A stretch of 64,000 nucleotides of DNA from an uncultured delta proteobacterium (GTDB lineage: Bacteria; Myxococcota_A; Polyangia; Polyangiales; Polyangiaceae): assembly GCA_963696385.1 (NCBI GenBank), contig CAVOKF010000005.1:1184001-1248000 (forward strand), read 5' to 3'. The number at the start of each line of letters is the position of its first letter. The first letter of the stretch is position 1. Below are positions 26,599-36,091 of this stretch, piece after piece. Both the position numbers and the translations under genes were made by a program. The notes beneath the pieces are model-generated. The model was given only the letters and a program-made list of their open reading frames with translations, did no database searches and was not told the DNA's origin.

Positions 26599-28125
26599 TT
26601 ACGCGATTTTCGGCGTCAAGCGGCGCCGCAGCAAGGCCCTGCCTGCGATACCGGCCCCCCCAAGGAACAAGGCAATCGCGACGAAAACGAGAACCATCCG
26701 CAGTCGATGCCTCTTCTCGGTGGCCAGCGTGGCTTGCTTCATGAGGTCGACCGAGAGGCCGACGGATCTCGCGCGATCCAAAAGCTTGTTCGCAACCTCG
26801 AATTGGCCCTCCTGCATCGCGAGCGCCCATTGATAGGTGAGCGTCTTCCGGTCATCGGGAGCCCGCGCCGAGAGCGCAGCGGTGCATTCTCGGAGCTCCG
26901 CAACGTTCGACGTGCGAGTGCCGACCTCGCATTCGAGCTCCGCGCTCGCCTCGCGGCCTTCAGGGTCTTCCTGCATGTGGCGGATCACTTGCTTGAGCGC
27001 CGCGGTTTCTTTTTGACTGAGCGGTCCGGGCTTGGCGAGTGTCAACTGGACGAAGCGCGTATAGTCTCGGACTTTGGCTCCGTCGCGGAGCAACGCTTCG
27101 CCGCAACTATTCACGGCATGGTCGTGATCTCCCAGAGCCTCGTATTCCTCGCACAACTTCGCGTACGAAACCGCACGGTCGGGCACGGTCTGGGCGAGCG
27201 CCTTGTAATATCGGACGGCGGCCGCGTGGTCTCCGGCTTTGGTGGCCCGCTCGGCTTTCAGCGCGAGGTCTTGAAGCCAATAGCCAAATTGCAAAGGATC
27301 CGAATTGCGGGTCTTCTCGTCGGGAATGCTATTTTCGGGATGAGCATCGTCGATAGGCCAACGACTGAGCCAGCCGCCGCGCGGAAGCTCGTCGGCTCGC
27401 GCCGTGCCCGAGATCGCGCAAAAAATGAGCACCCCTAGAGCCGCCGCCGCGCGTCTGCCGGACCCGTGCGTGAGGCGGCGGAGGACCGCATGGGCCACCG
27501 TGACGGCGACGGCCGTCGCGATGGACAACCACCCTGCCCAGAAGCGCCAGGGAGGGCAGCGCGAGTCGATCAGCGAAACGATGCGGCGCGTCTGAGGGTC
27601 GGACGGAGCGAGCCGCTCCAATTTTTCGGCACATGCTTGCAACATGAGTCCATCTCCAATGCTTTCGGCGATATCGCAGGCCATCGCCGTCGGCGTCGGC
27701 GCGCCCGGAGAATTGTGGTTTTCCGTAGAGGTGATGGAAAGGGCCAGGTTAATCTGTGCGACCGTCGGTGCGGTCGGGCCATCGACAAATGCGCGGACGA
27801 GGGCCCGGATGTTGGGATTGGTGTGTCGCCCGGCGAGCGCTTGAGAGCAGGCGTCGATCGCGTCGTTGCGGCGGCCCAAGACGACCAGCGCTTCGCACTC
27901 GCGACGCCGCGGCAGCGCAGCGTGCGGCAGCTCGGCCTGCGTCTGGCGAAAGAGCGCGTAGGCGGCCTCCATGTCACCTGTGAAACCCAGCGCTTCACCT
28001 TTCTCGAGCAGATCCGCGGCATGAGGGTTCCGGCGCTTCATGGAGTCCATCTCGGCTTGGTCCCAAGAATCTCGCGCGATCGCCGCGCTTGCCGTGAACG
28101 GAACGAAGAGCGCGAGGAGCCCCAT
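26599..28125 (-). CDS. Membrane-anchored two-module TPR protein
   Basis: Two TPR-like helical regions separated by TM + Arg-rich loop + signal-like segment. C-terminal TM followed by LLRRR. Start uncertain. Confidence 0.7.
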   Translation of the reverse strand: MGLLALFVPFTASAAIARDSWDQAEMDSMKRRNPHAADLLEKGEALGFTGDMEAAYALFRQTQAELPHAALPRRRECEALVVLGRRNDAIDACSQALAGRHTNPNIRALVRAFVDGPTAPTVAQINLALSITSTENHNSPGAPTPTAMACDIAESIGDGLMLQACAEKLERLAPSDPQTRRIVSLIDSRCPPWRFWAGWLSIATAVAVTVAHAVLRRLTHGSGRRAAAALGVLIFCAISGTARADELPRGGWLSRWPIDDAHPENSIPDEKTRNSDPLQFGYWLQDLALKAERATKAGDHAAAVRYYKALAQTVPDRAVSYAKLCEEYEALGDHDHAVNSCGEALLRDGAKVRDYTRFVQLTLAKPGPLSQKETAALKQVIRHMQEDPEGREASAELECEVGTRTSNVAELRECTAALSARAPDDRKTLTYQWALAMQEGQFEVANKLLDRARSVGLSVDLMKQATLATEKRHRLRMVLVFVAIALFLGGAGIAGRALLRRRLTPKIA

Positions 28126-28144
28126 GAAAAGGACTGCCTGTATA

Positions 28145-29350
28145 TCACTGCAAGCAGGTCGTGCACCCATTGCCCTGCGCGCAATTGAGGATTTGGTTCG
28201 CGATTCCGGACGGATTCGATCCGGTCGTATCGGTGTAGTTGTTGATGATGTCGTTCGCGTCCGACTGCGGGAAGGTGAAACCAGCGACCTCGGCCATCAA
28301 GCACGGCCCGTCGACGCTCGCGCCGTTGGACGAGCAGGTGGTTGGACCGAGGCCGGCGAATCCGCCCGTGCCGCAATAGCAGAATGTCTCGCCCTGAGCA
28401 TTGGCGGCGCACTGCTGCCCGGTCGGACCCAGCACGCACAGTAGCGCGCCAATGCAGGCCGAAACGCTGCCGACGCTGGCTCCGCTGCCGTTCGTGAATG
28501 TGGCCGACGTCATGCTAAATGTCGGGGTTCCAATATCGTCGCACTCGCGATTCTTGATGCCGTGCTGGGGATTGTCGACGCATGAGCTAGCGACGAGGCA
28601 GCTGAAGCAACTGCCGGTCGAACTCGGCGAACCAGCGTAGTCCGGTCCGCTGCCGGTGACCGCGCCCGCGCCGATGTCGAGCGCAACGAACGCGGCCTCG
28701 GTCTCGGTGCAGACACCGCTGCTGCGGTTCGGGCAGCTCACGCAGTTCGTTTGGCCGGCCGACGTGCAGGGCACGAGAGATCCCGCCTCGCTCGTCCCGC
28801 TCGGGCCTGTTTCGCTCGCGCTCGCGTCGGTCGCCCCGGTTTCGGGGGCGCCCTCGCTGGCCGCAGAGTCGGGCGAAGGCGTCGCCCCAACGTCGATCGT
28901 GCCGTCGGAAAGCGTCGAATCCATTTCCCCATCGGAGATCGCGGAGTCGCTGGTGGCATCTTCACCGCCGGCCTCCCGTAGCCCCGCATCGCGCGCGCCG
29001 GCATCGGGGATCGCCATCTCTTCGACCGTCGCGTCTTCGCGAGATGCGTTCGGAGAGCCGTCCGGCTCGGCGCTCATTGCGGGATTCGTGGTCGCCGCTG
29101 CGGCGCCCTCGTTCTGCGCGCCGGTTGCGTCTTGCCCGGACGCCGCGGTCGCCGCGTCCAACGCGCTCACCGCGCCGGCGCCGGACGACCCGTCATCGGA
29201 CTCGCCAGTATCGGAATTGCCCGGCAGGGCCGAGCTGTCGCCGACGTCACTGCAGCCGCCGGTCGCCGTCGCCATCACGAGCGCCGCCATGAATCCGCCA
29301 AGGCTCGTGTGCCACGAACGCGGTGCCACGGAGGATTGCGTGTGACTCAC
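28145..29350 (-). CDS. Lipoprotein-like protein: acidic low-complexity stalk plus shared Cys-rich C-terminal domain
   Basis: GTGA overlap with the upstream stop, TGGC lipobox-like motif, C-terminal domain ending CTTCLQ closely similar to those of the 5050 and 9963 genes. Confidence 0.8.
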   Translation of the reverse strand: MSHTQSSVAPRSWHTSLGGFMAALVMATATGGCSDVGDSSALPGNSDTGESDDGSSGAGAVSALDAATAASGQDATGAQNEGAAAATTNPAMSAEPDGSPNASREDATVEEMAIPDAGARDAGLREAGGEDATSDSAISDGEMDSTLSDGTIDVGATPSPDSAASEGAPETGATDASASETGPSGTSEAGSLVPCTSAGQTNCVSCPNRSSGVCTETEAAFVALDIGAGAVTGSGPDYAGSPSSTGSCFSCLVASSCVDNPQHGIKNRECDDIGTPTFSMTSATFTNGSGASVGSVSACIGALLCVLGPTGQQCAANAQGETFCYCGTGGFAGLGPTTCSSNGASVDGPCLMAEVAGFTFPQSDANDIINNYTDTTGSNPSGIANQILNCAQGNGCTTCLQ

Positions 29351-30255
29351 AGCCCACCGTCCAAGCAATCATTTTGCTGAGCGACGTTGAAAACCTGATT
29401 CAAGCGTGATCCGCAAAAGCCCATCACGGTCGGGTCGTTGTCTTCATAATTGTTGATCGCGTCGAGGATGGTGGCGGAGGTCTGCTCGAGACTCGCCAGC
29501 TCGTCGGTCGCGCACGGGCCGGGCGGATGGGGATCCGACGCGCACACGGTTGGATCCGTTTCGGACCCGCAAAGGCAACTGATGACGTTGGTGCCGCACC
29601 CGCTCGCCATGATGCATTCGTAAAGTTCGAGACACAGCGAGTACCGGGGTTCGGCAGCGCCCGGCCCCTGGACCGCCGTTCCGGCGTCTTCGCACCAATT
29701 GCAGGGCGGAAACTGGATATAATCGAGAGAGGCCTTCGGCGCGGTCGCGGTCTCGCACTCGTCGGCAGCCGTACTGCCGAGCCATCCGTATGTTGCGCAC
29801 GCGCTGCCGTCCATGGCTGGAATCGCGGATCCGTCAGCGGCGAAGTCGGACGGGATCTGCACACTCTCACGGCCCAACGCAACCAGATCTCCGCTGCGTT
29901 CCGGAATGAAGGGCGGGCAAGTCGGCCACGGGTAACCGGCCTCGGCGGCATCTGCGGTCGCGGACGGCGGGTTCACCTCGGGAAGAGTCTGATCGGCGTA
30001 GAAAATGGCGACGTCGAACGTCAAACTCGCATCTTCGTCGTCGCCGGTCGTTGCATCCGAGGCGTCCACGGCGAGATCCTCATTCGCGTCCTGCTGCTGT
30101 TGGACCGGCAGGTCTTCATGCCCGTTCGTGCCCCCGCAAGCGAAGGCGACGAAGCCAACGATTGCGCGAAGGGCCATAACGGCCATCGATACGCGAAAAG
30201 CGGCGCCGATGCGCGCCGCTCGAGAGAGTGACCGGTGGACGATGGTGCTGTCCAT
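29347..30255 (-). CDS. Cys-rich lipoprotein with a divergent copy of the shared C-terminal domain
   Basis: Lipobox AFAC. CLCG...C...GPC...E...DAINNYED...G...NQVFN aligns with CYCG...C...NGxC...E...DIINNYTD...GIANQILN. Confidence 0.7.
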   Translation of the reverse strand: MDSTIVHRSLSRAARIGAAFRVSMAVMALRAIVGFVAFACGGTNGHEDLPVQQQQDANEDLAVDASDATTGDDEDASLTFDVAIFYADQTLPEVNPPSATADAAEAGYPWPTCPPFIPERSGDLVALGRESVQIPSDFAADGSAIPAMDGSACATYGWLGSTAADECETATAPKASLDYIQFPPCNWCEDAGTAVQGPGAAEPRYSLCLELYECIMASGCGTNVISCLCGSETDPTVCASDPHPPGPCATDELASLEQTSATILDAINNYEDNDPTVMGFCGSRLNQVFNVAQQNDCLDGGL

Positions 30256-30368
30256 GGTGAGGCAGGGGGCCTTATGCCAGCGTGGTGAGATATGAAATGC
30301 GACGTTTTGGCAACACCTGGTCGCTTCAGCGACGGCGGCAAACCTCGCACCCCCCTTGCCTAGGCGGA

Positions 30369-32255
30369 TCACGGCGCCTCCGGATGGGAGCCGCACCAGC
30401 GCCGCCACATCCATCGGAACGCCGACTCGAGATGGCGAGCGAAGCGAGGGCCGTCCATCAAAGCGGAGCGCTCCATGCGTTGTCGCAGCTCCGCCCGGAG
30501 GGACCCGAGTCGAGCCAGATCGCTCGCCAGCGCAACCGCGGCGTCGACGTATTGTTCCGCCGTCGTAGCGACAAGATCATCCAGTCCGAGGTTACGGGCG
30601 TAGCAGAGTCCCGCGCGTCCGAGCGCCGTAGGGCCCACCCGCGTGATGACCGGCACGCCCATCCAGAACGCGTCCAGGCTCGTCGTGTGCCCGTTGACCG
30701 GAAACGTGTCGAGGCAAATATCGATCCGCTTGTACACGGAGAGATACTCGGCTCGCGGCTGATAACCGACGAACTCGATCCGGTCGGGATCGACGCCGGC
30801 TCGGGAGAAGGCGTCGCGCACACGCGTGCGGGATTCGCCCGGATAGGCCAAGACAACCATGTGCGCGCCTTCGACCGCCGCGAGCACTCGGGCCCAAAGC
30901 GCAAACACTTCGGCGCTCGTCTTGCCGAAATTGTTCAAGCAGCCGAACGTGATCCATCGGTTGCGGAGCGCGGGCGGCGCGTTCACCTCAGGCACTCGCG
31001 TGAGCGGGTCGTAACACCAGAACGAGTCGGGCAAGCGAACCGAGTGCTCCGTGTACCAGCCGCTGACGTCGATTTCGGGAGGGTCCAGGAAAACGTCGGT
31101 AATCCGGTAGTCCATCGCTTCAAGGCCCGTCGTTCCTGGATACGCGAGCCACGCCAGTTGCACGGGCGCAGGCTTCGAAGCAAAGAGCGCCAAGCGATTC
31201 TCGCCCATGTGCATCGTCAGGTCGACCAAGAGGTCGATGCGGTCGCCGCGAATGGCCTCGTTCGCCTCCGCGTCGGTCCGCGATCGGATGTCACGAAACT
31301 CGTCCGATAGGCCGCGAATCCGGCGGGTCCGTTCGTCGGGACTGGCGACAAATGAATAGCAGAATACTTCGACGGCGCGGCGGTCGTGATGCTCGAGCAG
31401 GGGCACGAAGAACAGAGCCTGGCAATGCTCCCGGAAGTCCGGCGAGACGTACCCCACCCGAAGGCGTCGATCGGGGTCGCGGTCGTTCGTATGTGGGCGA
31501 ACGCGGGCGGTCTTGGGCCCGACCTGACGCTCGCTCCATCGAATCGCCTCTTGCGCGACGGATCGCGCGTCCTGGGTGGGGTCCCACGACAGCGCGAACA
31601 CGAGATTGCTGTGGGCGATTCGGTCGTCGGGCCGGCAGTCGAGAGCCCGCCGGAACGAGGCGATAGCCTCTTCGACGCGGCCCTGCTCCTTGAGCACGAC
31701 ACCGAGCTCGTTGTGGGCGCCCGCGAAGCTCGGATCGATTTGGAGTGCGCGTTCGCAGGTGTCCCGAGCCTCGTCCAGTCGGTGGACTCGAGAGAGCGCT
31801 CCCGCCAAGCTCATGTGGGCGGCAAGCAGCCCCGGCTTGAGCGCCAGCGCTGTCTTGAAGGCGGCGATGGCGTCGTCGAGACGGCCCTCCCCGTAGAGTG
31901 TGAGGCCCAACGTGTAATGGGCTTCCGCCAGACCCGGGTTGAGCGCAACCGCCCGATGCAAGCTCGCCATTGCCTGAGCCACGTGACCCAATCGCCGGTA
32001 AGCCTCTCCGAGGTTTGCGAAGAGGACGGCCTGTTCCGGTGCGCGGCCAATGGCGCGCAGGAGGACCTCGATCGCGTCTTCGTTGCGCCCCGTCTCGAGA
32101 AGAACCGAGCCGAGCAGATGCAGCGTCACGAGGTGATTCGGATCCTTCGTGAGGATCTGTCGATAAAGCTTCTCGGCGGTCGCGACATCTTTGTCACGAT
32201 GGTGCTGCATCGCGCGAGCCACCCTTTTTTGGAGGGCCGGACGGTGAAGCGCCAT
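30369..32255 (-). CDS. TPR-containing O-GlcNAc transferase / SPINDLY-family glycosyltransferase (GT41)
   Basis: N-terminal TPR array. Motifs RLRVGYVSPDFREH, IDLLVDL, PAPVQLAWLAYPGTTG, FGCLNNFGK and DICLDTFPVNGHTTSLDAFWMGVPVIT. Confidence 0.92.
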   Translation of the reverse strand: MALHRPALQKRVARAMQHHRDKDVATAEKLYRQILTKDPNHLVTLHLLGSVLLETGRNEDAIEVLLRAIGRAPEQAVLFANLGEAYRRLGHVAQAMASLHRAVALNPGLAEAHYTLGLTLYGEGRLDDAIAAFKTALALKPGLLAAHMSLAGALSRVHRLDEARDTCERALQIDPSFAGAHNELGVVLKEQGRVEEAIASFRRALDCRPDDRIAHSNLVFALSWDPTQDARSVAQEAIRWSERQVGPKTARVRPHTNDRDPDRRLRVGYVSPDFREHCQALFFVPLLEHHDRRAVEVFCYSFVASPDERTRRIRGLSDEFRDIRSRTDAEANEAIRGDRIDLLVDLTMHMGENRLALFASKPAPVQLAWLAYPGTTGLEAMDYRITDVFLDPPEIDVSGWYTEHSVRLPDSFWCYDPLTRVPEVNAPPALRNRWITFGCLNNFGKTSAEVFALWARVLAAVEGAHMVVLAYPGESRTRVRDAFSRAGVDPDRIEFVGYQPRAEYLSVYKRIDICLDTFPVNGHTTSLDAFWMGVPVITRVGPTALGRAGLCYARNLGLDDLVATTAEQYVDAAVALASDLARLGSLRAELRQRMERSALMDGPRFARHLESAFRWMWRRWCGSHPEAP

Positions 32256-32342
32256 GGGCGTGCGGATACCACGCAGGGATGGTACGGGGAAGACGGCCCC
32301 GGCGTGCGAGCTGCCGCGGTTACGCGCGACCGTTACCTCGGG

Positions 32343-33452
32343 TCACAGCCCGTATTTGCGCACCTTCTCGTAAAGCGTGGACACCGCGATCCCCAGCGTG
32401 CGAGCGGCAGCCATCTTGTTGCCGTTGGCAACGAGCAGGGTCTGGCGAATCGCGGCGCGTTCGATGCGAGCCAGAGTCTGCCCGGCAAGCGGCAGATCCT
32501 CGACCCATGAGGTGTCGTCGTTGGCCGGCGTCAGCAGACGCAGGTGGTGCGTATCGAGGAAGCTCGCGTCCGGATCGACGAATGCCACGGCGCATGCGAG
32601 GACATTCTTGAGTTCACGCACGTTGCCGGGCCACGAATGCATTCGGAGTACCCCGAACGCGGCATCGGACAAGCGCAGCTCCGGGCGGCCCAGATCCTTC
32701 AGGAGCGATTCGATGAGCTGTGGCAGGTCGTCGAGGCGCTGGCGAAGCGGAGGTACCTGGACGACCGCCACGGCGAGCCTGAAAAAGAGGTCTTCTCGAA
32801 AACGGCCGGCTGCCACGTCGGCGCGGAGGTCTCGGTTGGTCGCCGCGACAATCCGAACGTCGAGCGGACGCTCGGCCCGGCCGCCGACGCGTCGCACTTT
32901 TCGGCTCTCGAGGGCACGCAACAATCGCGACTGGAGATCGAGCGGCAACTCGCCGATCTCGTCGAGAAAGAGCGTGCCGCCATGCGCCCGCTCGAAAGCG
33001 CCGGGGTGGCCTGCAACGGCACCGGTGAACGCGCCCCGCTCGTGCCCGAGCAGTTCGCTCTCCGCCAGATTGGCGGCGACCGAGCCGCAGTCGAAAACGA
33101 CCAGGGGGCCGTGCGCCCGCGTGCTCTGTTGGTGGATGGCGTGGGCAAGAATGTCTTTGCCGGCTCCCGTTTCCCCGACGAGCGTGATGCTGACGTCGGT
33201 CGCCGCAAATCGGTCGAGTACTTCGAACACCTCGTGCATCGCGGCCGAACGAGCCACGACCTGCCCGAAGCGCCGAACGTTGCCAATGTGCACCGATTGG
33301 AGTCCCAGCTTGGCGACTCCCGAATTGGGCCTGGACCATTCGAAGGCCGAGATGGGCAGCTTGGCCGGCGAAGGTGGCACAATCGCGTCCACGCCTGGCC
33401 TGTCCTTCGGATCGATGCGTCGAGTCTCGGCCAGATTTGTCGGATGCATCAT
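32343..33452 (-). CDS. Sigma-54-dependent enhancer-binding protein (AAA+ and Fis-type HTH) with no recognisable sensory domain
   Basis: Walker A GETGAGKD, GAFTGA loop, Walker B LFLDEIGE, WPGNVRELKN and C-terminal AARTLGIAVSTLYEKV. Confidence 0.95.
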   Translation of the reverse strand: MMHPTNLAETRRIDPKDRPGVDAIVPPSPAKLPISAFEWSRPNSGVAKLGLQSVHIGNVRRFGQVVARSAAMHEVFEVLDRFAATDVSITLVGETGAGKDILAHAIHQQSTRAHGPLVVFDCGSVAANLAESELLGHERGAFTGAVAGHPGAFERAHGGTLFLDEIGELPLDLQSRLLRALESRKVRRVGGRAERPLDVRIVAATNRDLRADVAAGRFREDLFFRLAVAVVQVPPLRQRLDDLPQLIESLLKDLGRPELRLSDAAFGVLRMHSWPGNVRELKNVLACAVAFVDPDASFLDTHHLRLLTPANDDTSWVEDLPLAGQTLARIERAAIRQTLLVANGNKMAAARTLGIAVSTLYEKVRKYGL

Positions 33453-33813
33453 GCGAAGTCTTCCTCGACCGTGCGCAGGAGCGCGCCGCGATCGAGGCCC
33501 CTTGTACCGAAGTATCGGCGGGCCGATTGCCACGACTGCGAAACATTCCGAAGGCTCGTTGGATCCTATGGAAATCGCCTGGAAAATCGAACCTTTCGCA
33601 TGCAATCTTCCGCAGATTGCTGCGCGGTGAGTCGACGGATCGCTCGGGTGCGAACGGGATTGCCGGTGCGACGGTCGTCGTGGAACCCCCCGAGCTTCGA
33701 GCGACGCGAAACGTCACAAACTGTTCACGCGCCCCCCGCGCCGGCACGCCTAGCCTCGCGCGCTCGTGCGCACTTCCGAGGGCCATGACACGGCGAGAGG
33801 GTCGGGCCTGTCG

Positions 33814-35110
33814 ATGAGCGCGAAGGCTCTCGCCTTTGCCGGATGCCTCGGAGCACTCTTGCTTGGCGCCGACAAGACCGCGTCTGCCCAAATGACGCCT
33901 TGCGGCAGCGCCGGGTCGAGCCTGCCCCTGCTTTACGTGGTCGGGCCCAGCACGACCGAGGGTTCCGGCGTCTTGCCGCTGGTACAGGTCGTGGCGAACG
34001 CCGTTTCCGCATGGGCGCTCGTCGTCTACGTGCCAACCCCTCCGTGCAGCGCGCTTCAAAATCTGGCGATGGCCACCCCCGGCAACACGGCGGCTCTCAC
34101 CTTGAATCCCACCGGTAGCACGACGGCCTGCATGGCCGATGCCGTGGCACCCGACCTGGCGGTCTCCGACGTGTATCCGGACACCTGTGTGCAGAACTTG
34201 GGCATCGCCCCGCTGACGAGCTCCGAACTCGACTTTTTGGGGCCGGTCCAAACCTCTACTATCGTGACGGCCTCATCGTCGTCGGAAAAAGTCATCAGCG
34301 CAGATGCGGCCTATGTCGTGTTCGGCTTCGGCGCGGCCAACTATGTCGTCAGTCCGTGGAGTGACCCGGCTTCGATCTTCGTTCCCGACCAGCAGTCCGG
34401 TCCCTTGAACTTGATCGGCGCAACCATTGGTCTGTCGCCCTCCAATTGGGCCGGCGCCGCGAATTCGACGATTACGAGTACGAGCAACCTGACGAAGGCG
34501 CTCAAAGCCGATGCCACGCCCAGTGCAACGATTGGCATCTTGCCGGGAACCGTCGCGTCGCAGACGTCCGGAATCCGCGTTCTCGCCTATCAGCACTCCA
34601 CCCAGCAGTGCGGGTTCTTGCCCGATTCGGACTCCCTACACTTCGACAAAATCTACGTGCGCCAAGGCCGCTACACGCTTTGGGGGCCGACGCATTTCCG
34701 TCGTCCACGTCGACGCCGCGGGCACGGTGCTCGATCACACCGGCCAGCCGAGCGCCGTGCTCCGCGCGGCCCTCGACGCACTGACCGCCAGCGCCCCGGG
34801 CGGAGCGCAAAGCGGTGCGGACGTGGACTCAAGCGTCTACGCAGAGGGCGACGCCGGAACACCTGCGATTGACCCTCAAAGTTTCACGCGGGCCGTTGCG
34901 AGTGCGTCGTTCGTCCCGTGGTGCGCGATGCAGGTCTTGCGCACTGCGGATGGCGCCGCCGAGGCCTCGTACCAGGCTCCGGCCCCGTGCGGATGCTTCT
35001 TCGAGAGTGCTCTCGGAGCGACGACGTCGCTCTGTCCGACGTGCGGATCGAACGCTGACTGCACCGGAACCGCCGGGACGTGCCGTTACGGCTACTGCGA
35101 GGACCAGTGA
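33814..35110 (+). pseudogene. Secreted PBP-like Cys-rich protein interrupted by a +1 frameshift near 34698-34699 (pseudogene or assembly error)
   Basis: Signal peptide ASA|Q. Reads ...GRYTLWGPTHF and continues in another frame as VVHVDAAG...CGCFFE...CRYGYCEDQ if one C of CAT TTC C GTC is removed. Confidence 0.7.
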
Positions 35111-35439
35111 TGAATTCACTCCGGCTCGGGATCCGTCTCGTTACCGCCGTCGTGAGCGTGGCGGCCGCGTTTGCGCCGGTCGTCGCGTGCATCGGCGGCG
35201 GCGACGACGACGTCGTGCCGGTTCCGACCGCGGACAGCGGGGCCGCCGCGGGGGGCGACGCGGGAGAGGGCGGCTCTCGCGATGCCACGGTAGCGACGGA
35301 TGGCAGCTGCGTATCGGACACCAGCACCTGCAACTCCTGCACGGCCCCAGACGCGGATCCATCCAACCAGTGCTCCGCGTTCACGAGCGGATGCACGGCG
35401 TTCGACGCGGCCCGAGTCCCCCAACACCCGACACTCTGA
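35110..35439 (+). CDS. Small Cys-rich lipoprotein
   Basis: Start overlaps the upstream stop (TGATG). Lipobox VVAC, GDDDVVPVP motif and five further Cys. Confidence 0.7.
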   Translation: MNSLRLGIRLVTAVVSVAAAFAPVVACIGGGDDDVVPVPTADSGAAAGGDAGEGGSRDATVATDGSCVSDTSTCNSCTAPDADPSNQCSAFTSGCTAFDAARVPQHPTL

Positions 35440-35488
35440 AACGGGTCGCGGGTTGTACGTGCGGGGCTTCGTTCACGATTCGGGGCCT

Positions 35489-36091
35489 TTAGGGCGCCTT
35501 GAGCCGACAATCCCGCCCCATGGATGGGTGTGTAGCCTGGGTCATCGCGAGCCACGCCAGACCTGGAATCGCGTAAGCCATCCCCGGTGGTGCCACAAGC
35601 GCACGGCGCGCGAGCGACAGGGCGCCGCCGACCCAAGCACCCAACGGGATGACACCGGCGTCGGACAGAAAGTCGAAAACCGGTACCGCGATGACGGCGG
35701 CGACGATCCCGACGGCGAGCGATACGGACCCGAGCAGGCAGCGAACGGTGCGTGGCGGCCATGCGGCGGCCAGCGACAGAAAGGTGGCCAGTTGAAGATA
35801 GCCGACCCGCCGGAGATCGATGATCCCCGCATGCCGAACGGGGCCGTCCGGGAGATCCTGTTTGACATCGATGACCCCCCGCCACTCGGGCTGCCGTTCG
35901 CTCGGCCGCGCAGACCGGAGCGTGAAGGAGACATTCGACGTGACGGAGACCGCATCCGCCAATGCGGTTGCCGCCATGCCCACCGAGTCGACGAAGGCTC
36001 GGCCGAGACCCGGCCATGGCGCAATGAGGATCGCGAGCACCACCCCGAAGCGTCCAAGCGAAGCCGCGAGCGATCGCCTAGCCGGCAACAC
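35489..36091 (-). CDS. Exosortase H-associated-like membrane protein
   Basis: Multi-TM protein directly downstream of the exosortase. N-terminal TM ending PWPG, periplasmic strand region, then GYLQLATFLSLAAAWP. Start uncertain. Confidence 0.55.
   Translation of the reverse strand: MLPARRSLAASLGRFGVVLAILIAPWPGLGRAFVDSVGMAATALADAVSVTSNVSFTLRSARPSERQPEWRGVIDVKQDLPDGPVRHAGIIDLRRVGYLQLATFLSLAAAWPPRTVRCLLGSVSLAVGIVAAVIAVPVFDFLSDAGVIPLGAWVGGALSLARRALVAPPGMAYAIPGLAWLAMTQATHPSMGRDCRLKAP

Noticed and set aside
26588..26610. TTTACGCGA tandem repeat as a regulatory site
   Set aside because: It overlaps the stop codon of the TPR gene and is not clearly repeated at the other promoters.
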